DNA of 20,000 bases. Origin: Bacteroidales bacterium (GTDB lineage Bacteria; Bacteroidota; Bacteroidia; Bacteroidales; CAIWKO01). Both the position numbers and the translations under genes were made by a program. The notes beneath the pieces are model-generated. The model saw only the letters and a program-made list of their open reading frames with translations. It did no database searches and was not told the origin of the DNA. This document shows, in pieces, positions 1 through 12,092 of this stretch; position 1 is the first letter of the stretch, and each line of letters begins with the position of its first letter. The DNA is taken from positions 55,184 to 75,183 of the forward strand of contig DAOORA010000016.1 of assembly GCA_035389045.1 (NCBI GenBank), given 5' to 3'.

Positions 1-1299
<1,299 letters not shown>

Positions 1300-1320
1300 A
1301 ATTTGATTAATGATTAAAAG

Positions 1321-1956
1321 TTATTCTTTTGTTGTTTCGGATTCTTCACTGCCTTCAGTGGTATCATTTTTTTCTTCTCCTTCTGCCTTTGCTTCATCAT
1401 CAATTTCCGGGATACTTTCTTCTTCAGCAGCTTTTTTTCCGGTCTTTTTCACGGTTTGTTCGGTTTCTTCTTCCGGTTTAGATTTTTTTGATGTTTCTTT
1501 TTTTTCTGCTTTTGGCTCAGCAGCAGCTTTTTTACCGGTACCTCTGCGGCTTCTTCCTTTTTTAGCAGCTTTGGCTTCTTTTTCACCTGTCATCAGTTCA
1601 TTATAATCAACCAGCTCAATGATGCACATTTCGGCCTGGTCTCCGAGTCTGGTTCCGGTCTTTAAGATACGCGTATATCCGCCCGGACGATCAGCAATTT
1701 TCTGAGCAACATCGCGGAACAGTTCCTTTGCGGCATCTTTGTTACCAAGATAACTGAAAACTGTTCTTCTGGAATGTACGGAATCCGTTTTTGATTTGGT
1801 GAGCAAAGGCTCGATATAGCTTCTCAGGGCTTTGGCTTTGGCCAAAGTTGTAGATATGCGTTTATGTAGTATGAGTGAAGAAGCCATATTAGCCATCATA
1901 GCGCGTCTGTGCGCAGCTGTTCTTCCTAAATGATTGATTGTTCTGTTGTGTCTCAT
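1321..1956 (-). CDS. rplQ: 50S ribosomal protein bL17 with ~90 aa charged C-terminal tail
   Basis: [18 protein letters not shown] and RPGGYTRI motifs; follows rpoA. Confidence 0.98.
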   Translation of the reverse strand: MRHNRTINHLGRTAAHRRAMMANMASSLILHKRISTTLAKAKALRSYIEPLLTKSKTDSVHSRRTVFSYLGNKDAAKELFRDVAQKIADRPGGYTRILKTGTRLGDQAEMCIIELVDYNELMTGEKEAKAAKKGRSRRGTGKKAAAEPKAEKKETSKKSKPEEETEQTVKKTGKKAAEEESIPEIDDEAKAEGEEKNDTTEGSEESETTKE

Positions 1957-1961
1957 CTCTG

Positions 1962-2954
1962 TTAATCCTTATCTAATTTATATTTGGTAATATTCATACC
2001 GAACTGCAGACTTTTTGCCTTCACAAGTTCTTCTAATTCAGTGAGCGATTTTTTACCAAAGTTTCTGAATTTTAGCAAATCATTTTTGTTGAATGAAACC
2101 AGATCGCCAAGTGTTTCAACATCAGCGGCTTTGAGGCAGTTGAGCGCGCGGACGGAGAGATCCAGATCTACGAGTTTGGTTTTCAGCAACTGACGCATAT
2201 GCAGCGAGGTTTCATCAAATTCTTCTACTACCGCTTTTTCTTCGGTGTCAACCGTAATTTTTTCATCAGAAAACAGCATAAAATGATGAATAAGAATTTT
2301 TGCTGCTTCTTTCAAAGCATCTTTTGGATGAATCGACCCGTTGGTAGTGATATCAAAAACCAGCTTTTCATAGTCGGTTTTTTGTTCTACGCGGTAATTT
2401 TCAACCACATATTTCACATTTCTGATCGGCGTATAAATAGAGTCGATAGCGATCATTCCGATAGGAGCATTTGGAATCTTATTTTCCTCGGCCGGGACAT
2501 AGCCCCTGCCTTTATCAATAGTCAACTCTATGACCAACTTTACGTTGGGTTCCATATGGCAGATCACTTCATCAGTATTCAACACCTGAAATCCGGAAAG
2601 GAATGCATTGATTTCACCGGCTTTGAAAACTTCCTTTCCTGTTATGGTGACTATGACTTTTTCATTAGTAAACGATTCGATCTGTCTTTTAAAACATATT
2701 CTTTTCAGATTCAGGATGATTTCGGGAACATCTTCGAGGACACCCTTTATTGATGAAAATTCCTGATCCACGCTGTCAATTTTGATATTGGTGATCGCAA
2801 AACCTTCAAGCGATGAAAGAAGTATCCTTCTCAATGCATTGCCTATCGTAGTACCGTATCCTGGTTCGAGCGGACGAAATTCAAACCTGCCGAAATACTC
2901 ATCCGATTCCAACATGATAACTTTATCCGGTTTTTGGAAAGCTAATATTGCCAT
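1962..2954 (-). CDS. rpoA: RNA polymerase alpha subunit
   Basis: [22 protein letters not shown] and [18 protein letters not shown]; 330 aa; alpha operon position. Confidence 0.99.
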   Translation of the reverse strand: MAILAFQKPDKVIMLESDEYFGRFEFRPLEPGYGTTIGNALRRILLSSLEGFAITNIKIDSVDQEFSSIKGVLEDVPEIILNLKRICFKRQIESFTNEKVIVTITGKEVFKAGEINAFLSGFQVLNTDEVICHMEPNVKLVIELTIDKGRGYVPAEENKIPNAPIGMIAIDSIYTPIRNVKYVVENYRVEQKTDYEKLVFDITTNGSIHPKDALKEAAKILIHHFMLFSDEKITVDTEEKAVVEEFDETSLHMRQLLKTKLVDLDLSVRALNCLKAADVETLGDLVSFNKNDLLKFRNFGKKSLTELEELVKAKSLQFGMNITKYKLDKD

Positions 2955-2977
2955 TTTGTTATCTTATTAATTATTTT

Positions 2978-3583
2978 TTATTTTGAATACAACTCAACGA
3001 TCAGCTGTTCATTGATATTTTCAGGTATCTGGTCGCGTTCAGGATAACTCATAAATTTCCCGATCATTTTTTCCTGATCCCATTCCAGCCAGTTGTAACG
3101 GTTTGAATGGTGAACCAGCGCGTCCACGATAACTTCAAGCGATTTTGATTTTTCCCTGACATTGACGATATCGTTCGGTTTCAGGCTATATGACGGCACA
3201 TTGACCACGGTTCCGTTTACTTCGATATGCCCGTGTGAAACAAGCTGACGGGCTCCGTTACGCGTAGGTGAAATACCAAGGCGGTAAACCACATTATCGA
3301 GGCGTGCCTCAATAAGTTGCAGTAATATTTCACCTGTGATACCTTTTTTGCGTGAAGCTTTCTCGAAGGTATTTTTAAATTGTTTTTCAAGAATTCCGTA
3401 AGTATATTTTGCTTTTTGCTTTTCCTGAAGCTGTACTCCGTATTCTGATTGTTTTTTACGTTTCTTTGCCTGTCCATGCTGTCCGGGAGGATAGTTCTTT
3501 TTTTCATATGATCTATCGGGACCATAAATAGGATCTTTAAATTTTCTTGCAATCTTTGTTTTCGGACCAATGTATCTTGCCAT
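2978..3583 (-). CDS. rpsD: 30S ribosomal protein uS4
   Basis: Start reassigned to the conserved MARYIGP (ATG 3583, 201 aa); [23 protein letters not shown]. Confidence 0.97.
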   Translation of the reverse strand: MARYIGPKTKIARKFKDPIYGPDRSYEKKNYPPGQHGQAKKRKKQSEYGVQLQEKQKAKYTYGILEKQFKNTFEKASRKKGITGEILLQLIEARLDNVVYRLGISPTRNGARQLVSHGHIEVNGTVVNVPSYSLKPNDIVNVREKSKSLEVIVDALVHHSNRYNWLEWDQEKMIGKFMSYPERDQIPENINEQLIVELYSK

Positions 3584-3606
3584 ATCTGAAAAAATATTAA
3601 ATGAAA

Positions 3607-3999
3607 TTAAACTCTTCTTCTTTTGGGTGGCCTGCAACCATTATGGGGTAATGGCGTCACGTCAATAATTTCTGTAACTTCAATACCGGCAGCGCTTATC
3701 GACCTTATAGATGATTCTCTTCCGGCACCCGGGCCTTTTACATAAACCTTTACTTTTCTCAACCCGAGATCATAGGCTTGTTTTGCACAATCGGTGGCAG
3801 CCATCTGGCCTGCATACGGGGTGTTCTTTTTAGAACCTTTGAATCCCATTTTTCCGGCCGAGGACCAGGAAACCACCTGACCATTGGTATTGGTCAATGA
3901 AATAATAATGTTATTGAATGAAGCAAAGACGTAAGCTCTACCGATAGGGTCAACTTTTACAATTCTTTTCTTGGTTGTCTTAGCGGGTGTTTTGGCCAT
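3607..3999 (-). CDS. rpsK: 30S ribosomal protein uS11
   Basis: [40 protein letters not shown]. Confidence 0.99.
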   Translation of the reverse strand: MAKTPAKTTKKRIVKVDPIGRAYVFASFNNIIISLTNTNGQVVSWSSAGKMGFKGSKKNTPYAGQMAATDCAKQAYDLGLRKVKVYVKGPGAGRESSIRSISAAGIEVTEIIDVTPLPHNGCRPPKRRRV

Positions 4000-4039
4000 A
4001 ATATATGTATAGTTTTCTGTTAATAAAAAACATTAATTC

Positions 4040-4420
4040 TTATCCTTTGGTTGCTTTTTTCTTGTTGGCAACAGTTTTTCTCTTTCCCTTACGTGTACGG
4101 GCATTGTTTTTTGTGCTTTGCCCCCTTACCGGCAATCCCGAACGGTGCCTTATGCCCCGGTATGAGCCAATATCCATCAGACGCTTGATGTTCATCTGTA
4201 CTTCAGAACGCAGCGTTCCTTCCACTTTCACTTTTTCGGTAATAATGTTACGGATTTGGGTCTGTTCGGCATCGGTCCAGTCGGAAACCTTTTTATCGTG
4301 GTCAATTCCGGCTTCACTCAAAATCATTTGCGCTGTACTTTTTCCTATCCCGAAAATGTATGTCAGCCCGATTACTCCTCTTTTGTTTTTTGGTAAATCA
4401 ATACCTGCAATTCTTGCCAT
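4040..4420 (-). CDS. rpsM: 30S ribosomal protein uS13
   Basis: [40 protein letters not shown]. Confidence 0.99.
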   Translation of the reverse strand: MARIAGIDLPKNKRGVIGLTYIFGIGKSTAQMILSEAGIDHDKKVSDWTDAEQTQIRNIITEKVKVEGTLRSEVQMNIKRLMDIGSYRGIRHRSGLPVRGQSTKNNARTRKGKRKTVANKKKATKG

Positions 4421-4450
4421 ATTTTGTTCTGTTAATATTTATTACAATTC

Positions 4451-4567
4451 TCAACCCTGTCTTTGTTTGTACTTGGGATTCTTTTTATTGATCACATAAA
4501 CCACTCCGTTACGGCGGATGATTTTACAGTCAGGGGTTCTTTTTCTGATGGATACTCGTACTTTCAT
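4451..4567 (-). CDS. rpmJ: 50S ribosomal protein bL36, zinc-free (C-minus) type
   Basis: Not in ORF track. Translates to [38 protein letters not shown] (38 aa) between infA and rpsM. Confidence 0.97.
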   Translation of the reverse strand: MKVRVSIRKRTPDCKIIRRNGVVYVINKKNPKYKQRQG

Positions 4568-4574
4568 TGTTTTG

Positions 4575-4793
4575 CTATTTATATCTGAATGTTATTCTTC
4601 CTTTTGTCAGGTCATAGGGTGAAATCTCAACCCGAACCTTATCTCCGGGTAATATCTTAATATAATGCATACGCATTTTCCCCGAGATATGAGCGATGAT
4701 CACATGGCCATTTTCCAACTCAACACGAAACATCGCATTTCCCAGCGATTCTAAAACTGTTCCGTCCTGCTGAATTGAACTTTGTTTTGACAT
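4575..4793 (-). CDS. infA: Translation initiation factor IF-1
   Basis: 72 aa; [39 protein letters not shown]. Confidence 0.99.
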   Translation of the reverse strand: MSKQSSIQQDGTVLESLGNAMFRVELENGHVIIAHISGKMRMHYIKILPGDKVRVEISPYDLTKGRITFRYK

Positions 4794-4803
4794 CTTTAGC
4801 TGT

Positions 4804-5595
4804 TTAATTAATAGTTTTTAAATTATCGTTTTTAATATTTTCAATAAATTCAAATGTTGATAAAACTTCACCTTTGTTCTTTCGGACAGCCACCACATGT
4901 TCATAATGTGCTGATGGTTTAGCATCTCTGGTTCTGATGGTCCATCCGTCACGTTCCTGGATTATCTCTTTTTTGCCCAGATTGATCATAGGCTCGATAC
5001 ATATAACCATGCCATCACTGAGTTTCGCTCCTGATCCGCGCTTTCCATAATTGGGAACCTGAGGTTCCTCATGAAGGTGTCTGCCAAGGCCATGCCCGAC
5101 AAGTTCGCGTACCACGGAATATCCAAAACTTTCGACATATTTCTGAACTGCATAACCAATATCGCCAACCCTGTTTCCGGCCACTGCCTCATCAATACCT
5201 TTATAAAGTGATTCCAGAGTTCTTTTCAACAATGCCATTATTTCGGGTTTCACATCTCCCACAGCAAAGGTATAGGCAGAATCTCCGTTATATCTGTTCA
5301 AAATCACACCACAATCAACCGATACTATGTCTCCGTCCATAATTTCTTTTGTTCCGGGTATCCCATGTACTATCTGATCGTTGACCGAAATACACAAGGT
5401 TGCAGGATAACCCCGGTAATTTTTAAATCCGGGGATTCCTCCGTTATCTCTGATAAAATCTTCTGCAATTTTATCAATAAAAGAGGTCTGAACGCCGGGT
5501 TTCAAATATCGGGCTATTTCAGCTAAAGTTTTACCAACAAGCAAAGAACTGTTTCTTATTAATTCTATTTCCTCTTCGGATTTTAAAATAATCAT
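4804..5595 (-). CDS. map: Type I methionine aminopeptidase
   Basis: [38 protein letters not shown] (metal ligands present); lies between secY and infA. Confidence 0.97.
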   Translation of the reverse strand: MIILKSEEEIELIRNSSLLVGKTLAEIARYLKPGVQTSFIDKIAEDFIRDNGGIPGFKNYRGYPATLCISVNDQIVHGIPGTKEIMDGDIVSVDCGVILNRYNGDSAYTFAVGDVKPEIMALLKRTLESLYKGIDEAVAGNRVGDIGYAVQKYVESFGYSVVRELVGHGLGRHLHEEPQVPNYGKRGSGAKLSDGMVICIEPMINLGKKEIIQERDGWTIRTRDAKPSAHYEHVVAVRKNKGEVLSTFEFIENIKNDNLKTIN

Positions 5596-5606
5596 CCGTT
5601 CATTTT

Positions 5607-6974
5607 TTACATCGATGCCTGCCCATACCCTAACGATGAGCGGCCTTTGATACGGCCGGATTTGGTCAGACCATCATAATGCCGCATTAACAGGTAACTT
5701 TCAATTTGTTGCAAGGTGTCTAACACCACTCCTACTAAAATCAAAAGTGATGTACCTCCAAAAAACTGGGCAAACTGGGTATTAACACCCATTAACCTCA
5801 CCAGTGCCGGCATCACAGCCACAAAAGCCAGAAATATAGATCCGGGCAGGGTAATTTTAGACATTACATTATCAATAAATTCGGCTGTTTTTTTACCCGG
5901 TTTTATTCCGGGAATAAAACCGCCGTTTTTCTTCATATCTTCGGCCATCTGGTTAGGATTAATGGTAATGGCCGTATAAAAATAAGTGAATGCGATGATA
6001 AACAGCGCAAAAGTAAAATTGTACCAGAATCCGTTGAAATCAGAGAATGTACGTGCAAAACCCGATAATGCTTCAATGTTTGCAAAACCGGCTATCGTCA
6101 GGGGTATAAACATGATCGCCTGTGCAAAGATAATGGGCATAACTCCTGCCGCATTTACTTTTAAGGGTATATATTGGCGGACACCGCCGTACTGTTTGTT
6201 ACCGACTATCCGTTTTGCATACTGAACGGGGATTCGTCGTGTACCCTGAACCAGCAAAATACAGGTCAGGATCACCAGAACCAATATAACAAGTTCTACA
6301 ACGAAGATAATCAGTCCTCCACCCTGTTCTTCCATACGCGAAATAAACTCACCAACCAGTGCAAAAGGCAAACGTGCGATGATACCTATCATGATGATCA
6401 GGGAAATACCGTTGCCGATACCTTTATCTGTAATACGTTCACCGAGCCACATTACAAACATGGTTCCCGAAACAAGAATTATTACGGATGACACCCAGAA
6501 AAAAGCCGTCGGCGGAGTTTCAGGCATAAAAGGATAAATGGCTTCCCTGGGCAGCTGGCTGATAATGTTTCCGATATAGGCAGGAGCCTGAGCGGCTGTG
6601 ATGATAACTGTGAGAAAACGAGTGATCTGGTTGATCTTTTTCCTGCCCGATTCGCCTTCTTTCTGAAGTTTCTGAAAATAGGGTATTGCCATTCCTAACA
6701 ACTGCACCACGATAGACGCAGAAATATAGGGCATAATCCCCAGTGCAAAAATAGATGCATTGGAAAAGGCGCCACCGGAGAACATGTTCAGCAAACCGAG
6801 CAAACCATCATCGGTTTGCCTTTGCAAAGCGTCGAGCATGTTGGGATCAACACCAGGCAAAACAACAAAAGAGCCCAGCCGATAAATCAAAATTATACCC
6901 AGCGTAAAGATGATCCTCTTTCGAAGATCTTCAATCCTGTATATGTTTTTTATGGTTTCAATCAGTCGTTTCAT
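5607..6974 (-). CDS. secY: Preprotein translocase subunit SecY
   Basis: SIFALGIMPYISASI, WLGERITDKGIGNGISLII, IPGIKPG, GGTSLLILVGV; multiple hydrophobic segments. Confidence 0.99.
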   Translation of the reverse strand: MKRLIETIKNIYRIEDLRKRIIFTLGIILIYRLGSFVVLPGVDPNMLDALQRQTDDGLLGLLNMFSGGAFSNASIFALGIMPYISASIVVQLLGMAIPYFQKLQKEGESGRKKINQITRFLTVIITAAQAPAYIGNIISQLPREAIYPFMPETPPTAFFWVSSVIILVSGTMFVMWLGERITDKGIGNGISLIIMIGIIARLPFALVGEFISRMEEQGGGLIIFVVELVILVLVILTCILLVQGTRRIPVQYAKRIVGNKQYGGVRQYIPLKVNAAGVMPIIFAQAIMFIPLTIAGFANIEALSGFARTFSDFNGFWYNFTFALFIIAFTYFYTAITINPNQMAEDMKKNGGFIPGIKPGKKTAEFIDNVMSKITLPGSIFLAFVAVMPALVRLMGVNTQFAQFFGGTSLLILVGVVLDTLQQIESYLLMRHYDGLTKSGRIKGRSSLGYGQASM

Positions 6975-6977
6975 TCA

Positions 6978-7424
6978 TTATATTTTTGTTGCTGTTCCAC
7001 CTTGAGCTTCAATAATTTTTATGGCTGTCGCCGAAAAAGCATGTGCAGTAACATCAAGTTTCATTTTAAGCTCGCCTCTGCCCAGGATTTTAACAAGTTC
7101 ATTTTTTGATGCCAGTCCGTTGCTTATCAGGGTATTAACATCAATAGCTGTAAGGTTTTTCTTTTCGGCTAGTTTTTGCAGGGTATCAATATTAATTCCG
7201 CTGTACGCTACCCTGTTGAAGTTTTTAAAACCAAATTTGGGAATTCTTCTTATCAAAGGCATCTGACCGCCTTCGAAGGCCAGTTTTTTATGATAACCCG
7301 ATCTTGCCTGAGCTCCTTTATTTCCTCTTGTAGAGGTTCCACCTCTTCCCGATCCCTGACCTCTTCCAAGACGTTTGGAACTTTTTATCGAACCTTTTGC
7401 CGGTTTCAGATTACTTAAATCCAT
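6978..7424 (-). CDS. rplO: 50S ribosomal protein uL15
   Basis: RLGRGQGSGRGGTSTRG, FEGGQMPL.RRIPKFGF, KILGRG. Confidence 0.99.
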   Translation of the reverse strand: MDLSNLKPAKGSIKSSKRLGRGQGSGRGGTSTRGNKGAQARSGYHKKLAFEGGQMPLIRRIPKFGFKNFNRVAYSGINIDTLQKLAEKKNLTAIDVNTLISNGLASKNELVKILGRGELKMKLDVTAHAFSATAIKIIEAQGGTATKI

Positions 7425-7452
7425 GGTATAAAAAAATTATAAATATTTTTAA

Positions 7453-7632
7453 TTAAATTTCTTCTCTGGTTACTAAATGTTTCACTTTTCTGACCATTCC
7501 TTCAATCTGCGGTGTAGCTTCCAGTTCAACAGACTGATGCATTTTTTTTATGCCTAATGCCAACAATGTCCTTTTTTGAACAGCAGGCCTGTCAATCCCG
7601 CTTTTTATCTGTGTTACTCTGATCTTTTTCAT
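7453..7632 (-). CDS. rpmD: 50S ribosomal protein uL30
   Basis: Not in ORF track. Translates to MKKIRVTQIKSGIDRPAVQKRTLLALGIKKMHQSVELEATPQIEGMVRKVKHLVTREEI (59 aa) between rpsE and rplO. Confidence 0.97.
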   Translation of the reverse strand: MKKIRVTQIKSGIDRPAVQKRTLLALGIKKMHQSVELEATPQIEGMVRKVKHLVTREEI

Positions 7633-7657
7633 ATATATTTAATTTATAAGCAAGCTA

Positions 7658-8176
7658 TTAACCATTAAATACCTGGCTCAGTGGAATACCTCTTAACTGT
7701 GACACGGTATATGGATCTTTCATATTTATCAAAGCGTCCATCGTTGCTTTCACCACACTGTGCGGATTGGATGAGCCTTTGGATTTTGCCAGAACGTTTT
7801 TTACGCCGACGCTTTCCAGTACTGCACGCATAGCGCCACCGGCGATAACTCCGGTACCGGGCGAAGCAGGCTTCAGAAAAACGTAAGCGCCACTAAATTT
7901 GCCATACTGTTCGTGAGGTACGGTACCATTAAAGACGGGCACTTTAATAAGGTTTTTCTTGGCATCATCAATACCCTTGGCAATAGCTGCGGTAACTTCC
8001 TTGGCTTTTCCGAGGCCATAACCCACAACACCATTCTCATTGCCGACAACAACTATAGCCGAAAAGCTAAAAGTTCTGCCGCCCTTTGTAACCTTTGTTA
8101 CCCTCTGGATACTGACTAATCGGTCTTTGAATTCGATCTCGCTTGACTTAACTCTTTTGATGTTTGCGTTTGACAT
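7658..8176 (-). CDS. rpsE: 30S ribosomal protein uS5
   Basis: [32 protein letters not shown]. Confidence 0.99.
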   Translation of the reverse strand: MSNANIKRVKSSEIEFKDRLVSIQRVTKVTKGGRTFSFSAIVVVGNENGVVGYGLGKAKEVTAAIAKGIDDAKKNLIKVPVFNGTVPHEQYGKFSGAYVFLKPASPGTGVIAGGAMRAVLESVGVKNVLAKSKGSSNPHSVVKATMDALINMKDPYTVSQLRGIPLSQVFNG

Positions 8177-8182
8177 ATATTA

Positions 8183-8545
8183 TTAAAATTTTAAACCAGC
8201 TTCTCTTGCTGAATCAGCTAATGATTTTACTCTACCATGATATAAGTATCCGCCTCTGTCGAATACAACAGCGCTCAAGCCGGCTTCAATTGCTTTCTGG
8301 GCTATTGCTTTGCCAACCATCTTTGCTTTTTCTTTTTTGTCGACCTTTGCAGCCTGTATTTCCGGATCAAGTGAAGAGGCGGCTGCCAGCGTTTTGCCCT
8401 GTGCATCATCGATCAGTTGCACATAAATGCTTGTATTGCTTCTGAATATGGACATCCTGGGGCGTTCTGCCGTACCCTGCACGATCTTTCTGATCCGCTG
8501 CCGTATTCTGAACCTTCTGTATTCTTTATGATTTTTAATAGCCAT
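8183..8545 (-). CDS. rplR: 50S ribosomal protein uL18
   Basis: GTAERPR...[30 protein letters not shown]. Confidence 0.99.
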   Translation of the reverse strand: MAIKNHKEYRRFRIRQRIRKIVQGTAERPRMSIFRSNTSIYVQLIDDAQGKTLAAASSLDPEIQAAKVDKKEKAKMVGKAIAQKAIEAGLSAVVFDRGGYLYHGRVKSLADSAREAGLKF

Positions 8546-8571
8546 TACTCAATGAGTTTTAATGTTTTACA

Positions 8572-9123
8572 TTATTTTTGTACGGCTGACTTGCCGGCTT
8601 TCTTTCTTATTTCCTCATTCTGGAACCGGATACCTTTTCCTTTGTAAGGTTCTGGTTTTCTCAGCGATCTGATCTTTGATGCCACCTGTCCAATCAATTG
8701 TTTATCAATAGATTCAAGTATGATCGTTGGGGGTTTCCCTCTTTCGTTGATGGTGGAAACTTTCACTTCGGGGGGCATCTGCAAGAATATGTTATGTGAA
8801 TATCCCAAAGCGAGTTCCAGAACATTTTCCTTGGCATCGGCTTTATAACCAACTCCAATAAGTTCCTGCACTATTTTGAATCCTTCGGATACGCCGTGCA
8901 CCATGTTGGCAATAAGAGCGCGGTATAGCCCGTGTTTTGCCCTTGCGGCATCATTTTCGCGCTCGAGAATGATATGATCTCCATCAACCCTTACTGTTAC
9001 CGAGGGATCTATCTGTTGTTTAAGTTCGCCTTTCGGACCTTTTACCGTTACGACATGATCATCCGAAACCGTAAGCTGGACTTTCTGAGGTAATGGGATT
9101 GGTAGTTTTCCAATACGTGACAT
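8572..9123 (-). CDS. rplF: 50S ribosomal protein uL6
   Basis: Start reassigned to the conserved MSRIGK (ATG 9123, 183 aa); VKGPKG, LGYSH, RKPEPYKGKGIR. Confidence 0.98.
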   Translation of the reverse strand: MSRIGKLPIPLPQKVQLTVSDDHVVTVKGPKGELKQQIDPSVTVRVDGDHIILERENDAARAKHGLYRALIANMVHGVSEGFKIVQELIGVGYKADAKENVLELALGYSHNIFLQMPPEVKVSTINERGKPPTIILESIDKQLIGQVASKIRSLRKPEPYKGKGIRFQNEEIRKKAGKSAVQK

Positions 9124-9131
9124 TCTGTTTT

Positions 9132-9138
9132 CTCCTTT
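9132..9138 (-). promoter_or_regulatory. Shine-Dalgarno-like sequence upstream of rplF
   Basis: AAAGGAG 8 nt before the rplF ATG, inside a 17 nt intergenic spacer. Confidence 0.55.
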
Positions 9139-9140
9139 TA

Positions 9141-9539
9141 TTAACTGATATAACAAATTACTTCTCCGCCAATATTATTATTTCTTGCCTCTTTGTCTGT
9201 CATGATACCTTTTGATGTGGATATGATGGCGATACCCAGTCCGTTCAAAACACGCGGCAGGTCTTCGGCGCTCACATATTTCCTCAATCCCGGGCTGCTC
9301 ACTCTTTCAAGGGTAGAAATTGCAGAGGTTTTCATGGTTGGATGATATTTTAATGCAATTTTAATATTTCCCGGCTTGGGGGTATCTTCAAATTTATAAT
9401 TCAAAATATATCCTTTTTCAAAAAGAATTTTTGTAATGCTTTTCTTCAGATTTGAGGAAGGTATTTCAACCATTCTGTGATTAGCCATCACGGCATTTCT
9501 GATTCTCGTCAAATAATCTGAAATAGGATCCGTATTCAT
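9141..9539 (-). CDS. rpsH: 30S ribosomal protein uS8
   Basis: [40 protein letters not shown]. Confidence 0.99.
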   Translation of the reverse strand: MNTDPISDYLTRIRNAVMANHRMVEIPSSNLKKSITKILFEKGYILNYKFEDTPKPGNIKIALKYHPTMKTSAISTLERVSSPGLRKYVSAEDLPRVLNGLGIAIISTSKGIMTDKEARNNNIGGEVICYIS

Positions 9540-9582
9540 TTTCTGTTATTTTTTTTTGTTACTATTAATTATTTAATATCTC

Positions 9583-9852
9583 TTACCAGCTGGCTTTTTT
9601 CACACCCGGAATAAGCCCTGCCAAAGCCATTTCGCGAAAGTTGATACGTGAGATCCCGAACTGACGCATATACCCTTTGGGACGTCCTGTTATCTGGCAT
9701 CTGTTATGCAAACGGACCGGCGAAGCGTTTTTGGGCAAGCGCTGCAAGGCAGCATAATCGCCGTCTTTTTTAAGCTGAAGCCTTTTTTCTTTGTATTTTT
9801 CGACCAGCTTTTCTCTTTTTAATTCGCGGGCTTTAATTGATTCTTTTGCCAT
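9583..9852 (-). CDS. rpsN: 30S ribosomal protein uS14, long zinc-free type
   Basis: Start reassigned to MAKES (ATG 9852, 89 aa); [34 protein letters not shown]. Confidence 0.98.
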   Translation of the reverse strand: MAKESIKARELKREKLVEKYKEKRLQLKKDGDYAALQRLPKNASPVRLHNRCQITGRPKGYMRQFGISRINFREMALAGLIPGVKKASW

Positions 9853-9853
9853 G

Positions 9854-10408
9854 TTATTTCTGATTTTTAAATGGTAATCCAAATTCTTTTAATAGCGCAT
9901 AAGCTTCCTGATCGTTTTTGGCGGTAGTGACCATGGTGATATTCATTCCGTTCATCTTTCCAACTTTATCGATGTTTATTTCAGGAAATATGATCTGTTC
10001 GGTGACCCCGAAAGAAAAATTTCCTTTACCATCAAAACCCTTATCATTAATGCCACGGAAGTCACGGATACGGGGTATGGCAACCGAAATCAGCCTGTCG
10101 AGAAATTCGTACATCTTTTCGTTGCGGAGCGTGACCCGCACGCCAATAGGCATTCCCTTTCTGAGTTTGAAATTGGAAATATCTTTCTTGGATTTGGTCT
10201 GCACGGCTTTTTGTCCGGATACTAAAGACATTTCTTCAATTCCGGAATCGATCATTTTTTTATCAGCAATAGCCCCGCCCACACCCTGGTTTAAACTTAT
10301 TTTGACAAGCTTGGGTACCTGCATGGTATTTTTATACTGAAACTGTTTTATCAGTGCAGGAATAATTTCCTTTTCGTACTTTTCTTTAAGTCTTGGTTTG
10401 TAGTCCAT
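9854..10408 (-). CDS. rplE: 50S ribosomal protein uL5
   Basis: [38 protein letters not shown]; its ATG overlaps the rplX stop (TAATG). Confidence 0.99.
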   Translation of the reverse strand: MDYKPRLKEKYEKEIIPALIKQFQYKNTMQVPKLVKISLNQGVGGAIADKKMIDSGIEEMSLVSGQKAVQTKSKKDISNFKLRKGMPIGVRVTLRNEKMYEFLDRLISVAIPRIRDFRGINDKGFDGKGNFSFGVTEQIIFPEINIDKVGKMNGMNITMVTTAKNDQEAYALLKEFGLPFKNQK

Positions 10409-10737
10409 TATTTAATGATCTCCTTTTTTTCTGATTTTTTTGAATACCTGACTAATTTGCCTGATTTTTCATCCGTTTTTCTGCCTGTCCGCGTCGGTTT
10501 TCCTGATGAATCATGAACCATGAGGTTTGACAAATGTATTGAGGCTTCTTTTTTCAGGATACCACCCTTAGTATTTTTTGCGTTAGGTTTGGTATGTTTC
10601 GAAATTAGATTCACCCCTTCCACAATTGCTTTGTTTTTGTCACCGATGACTTTCAGAACCTTGCCTTGCTGGCCTTTTGAATCTCCGGCAATTACCGTGA
10701 CAGTATCACCTTTTTTAACATGTAATTTCAGTCCCAT
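10408..10737 (-). CDS. rplX: 50S ribosomal protein uL24
   Basis: KOW motif [35 protein letters not shown]. Confidence 0.98.
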   Translation of the reverse strand: MGLKLHVKKGDTVTVIAGDSKGQQGKVLKVIGDKNKAIVEGVNLISKHTKPNAKNTKGGILKKEASIHLSNLMVHDSSGKPTRTGRKTDEKSGKLVRYSKKSEKKEIIK

Positions 10738-10748
10738 AACGATATTTT

Positions 10749-11117
10749 TTATAGCACTTCCGGTGCCAGTGAAATAATTTTCATATATTGTTTTTCTCTC
10801 AGTTCTCTTGCCACTGGTCCGAAGATACGGGTTCCGCGAAGTTCATCGGCTGTGGTAAGTAAAACAACGGCGTTGTCATCAAAACGGATATACGAACCGT
10901 CGCTTCTTCTGACTTCTTTCGATGTTCTTACGATGACGGCCTTGCTCACCGTGCCTTTTTTAATGTTTCCGGCAGGTATTGCACTTTTTACCGTAACGAT
11001 TATTTTATCGCCCAGTGAAGCATATCTTCTCTTGGTACCACCAAGGACCCTGATGCAGAGAACTTCTTTGGCGCCGCTGTTGTCGGCTACTATTAGTCTT
11101 GATTCTTGCTGTATCAT
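10749..11117 (-). CDS. rplN: 50S ribosomal protein uL14
   Basis: [42 protein letters not shown]. Confidence 0.99.
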   Translation of the reverse strand: MIQQESRLIVADNSGAKEVLCIRVLGGTKRRYASLGDKIIVTVKSAIPAGNIKKGTVSKAVIVRTSKEVRRSDGSYIRFDDNAVVLLTTADELRGTRIFGPVARELREKQYMKIISLAPEVL

Positions 11118-11118
11118 T

Positions 11119-11373
11119 TTATTTAACCTTTTCGATTATTTCTACTAACCTCCAGCATTTATGTTTGCTTAAAGGCCTTGTTTCAGCTATTTTAACGGTG
11201 TCGCCAATGTTACATTCATTTTTCGTGTCTTCAGCCATAAATTTGGTATTTTTCTTTACGAATTTACCATATTTAGGGTGCATGACCTTTCTTTCAACAT
11301 TTACCACGATAGTATTCTGCATTTTATTGCTGACGACAACCCCAATTTTTTCTTTTCTTAAATTACGTTCCAT
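11119..11373 (-). CDS. rpsQ: 30S ribosomal protein uS17
   Basis: [28 protein letters not shown]. Confidence 0.99.
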   Translation of the reverse strand: MERNLRKEKIGVVVSNKMQNTIVVNVERKVMHPKYGKFVKKNTKFMAEDTKNECNIGDTVKIAETRPLSKHKCWRLVEIIEKVK

Positions 11374-11382
11374 AACAGTATA

Positions 11383-11622
11383 TTACTTTTTGCTGTTTTT
11401 CTTTGTTTCTATTTCAACCGATTGCACTTCCTTGGCCATTTCGCGTTTGCGCAGTTCGGTCAGCATACGGGCAATGGTTTTCTGATAATCCTTGATTTTC
11501 ATCGGATTTTCGAGAGGAGAAATCGCATGGTTCATTTTTAGTTTAAATAACTGTTTTTTCTCTTCTTCTAACCTTTCGCGAAGTTCAGGAGTTGAAAGTT
11601 CGCTGATCACTTGTTGTTTCAT
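11383..11622 (-). CDS. rpmC: 50S ribosomal protein uL29 with short C-terminal extension
   Basis: HAISPLENP..I....TIAR..TEL; lies between rplP and rpsQ; 79 aa. Confidence 0.96.
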   Translation of the reverse strand: MKQQVISELSTPELRERLEEEKKQLFKLKMNHAISPLENPMKIKDYQKTIARMLTELRKREMAKEVQSVEIETKKNSKK

Positions 11623-11628
11623 GGATTA

Positions 11629-12057
11629 TTATTTTTGTTCTTCAATGTAATCTCTTCTTATCACGAATTTTGTATGAACAGGCAGTTTCTGAGCGCCCAG
11701 TTCCAACGCCTTTTTGGCTATATCAAACGGAACACCGTCAACTTCAAACATTATTCTGCCCGGTGTAACACGTGCCACATAATACTCGAGCGCTCCTTTT
11801 CCTTTTCCCATACGTACTTCGGCGGGTTTTTTTGTCACCGGTTTGTCGGGAAAAATTCTGATCCACAACTGCCCTTCACGTTTCATGTGACGTGTAATGG
11901 CCTGACGGGCAGCTTCTATCTGACGACCCGTGATCCAATATTCATCAAGAGTTTTTATTGCAAAAGAGCCAAAAGAAATCTGATGCCCGCGATGAGCATT
12001 GCCTTTCATGCGCTGCTTCTGCATTTTTCTGTATTTTGTCTTTTTCGGCTGTAACAT
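11629..12057 (-). CDS. rplP: 50S ribosomal protein uL16
   Basis: [35 protein letters not shown]. Confidence 0.99.
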   Translation of the reverse strand: MLQPKKTKYRKMQKQRMKGNAHRGHQISFGSFAIKTLDEYWITGRQIEAARQAITRHMKREGQLWIRIFPDKPVTKKPAEVRMGKGKGALEYYVARVTPGRIMFEVDGVPFDIAKKALELGAQKLPVHTKFVIRRDYIEEQK

Positions 12058-12092
12058 TACAGTAAGTATTAAAAATTAAGCTGAATTATTAA

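Noticed and set aside
5265..5272. TACCTTTG (-7 consensus) on the minus strand inside map
   Set aside because: No TTG at the expected spacing, and it is explained by the codons for Y-T-F-A.
5596..5606. No adk between secY and map
   Set aside because: secY-map-infA without adk is ordinary for this phylum.
3584..9882. Apparent N-terminal extensions of uS4 (to 3637), uL6 (to 9156) and uS14 (to 9882)
   Set aside because: ORF-caller artefacts that overlap the upstream gene. The conserved starts are at 3583, 9123 and 9852.
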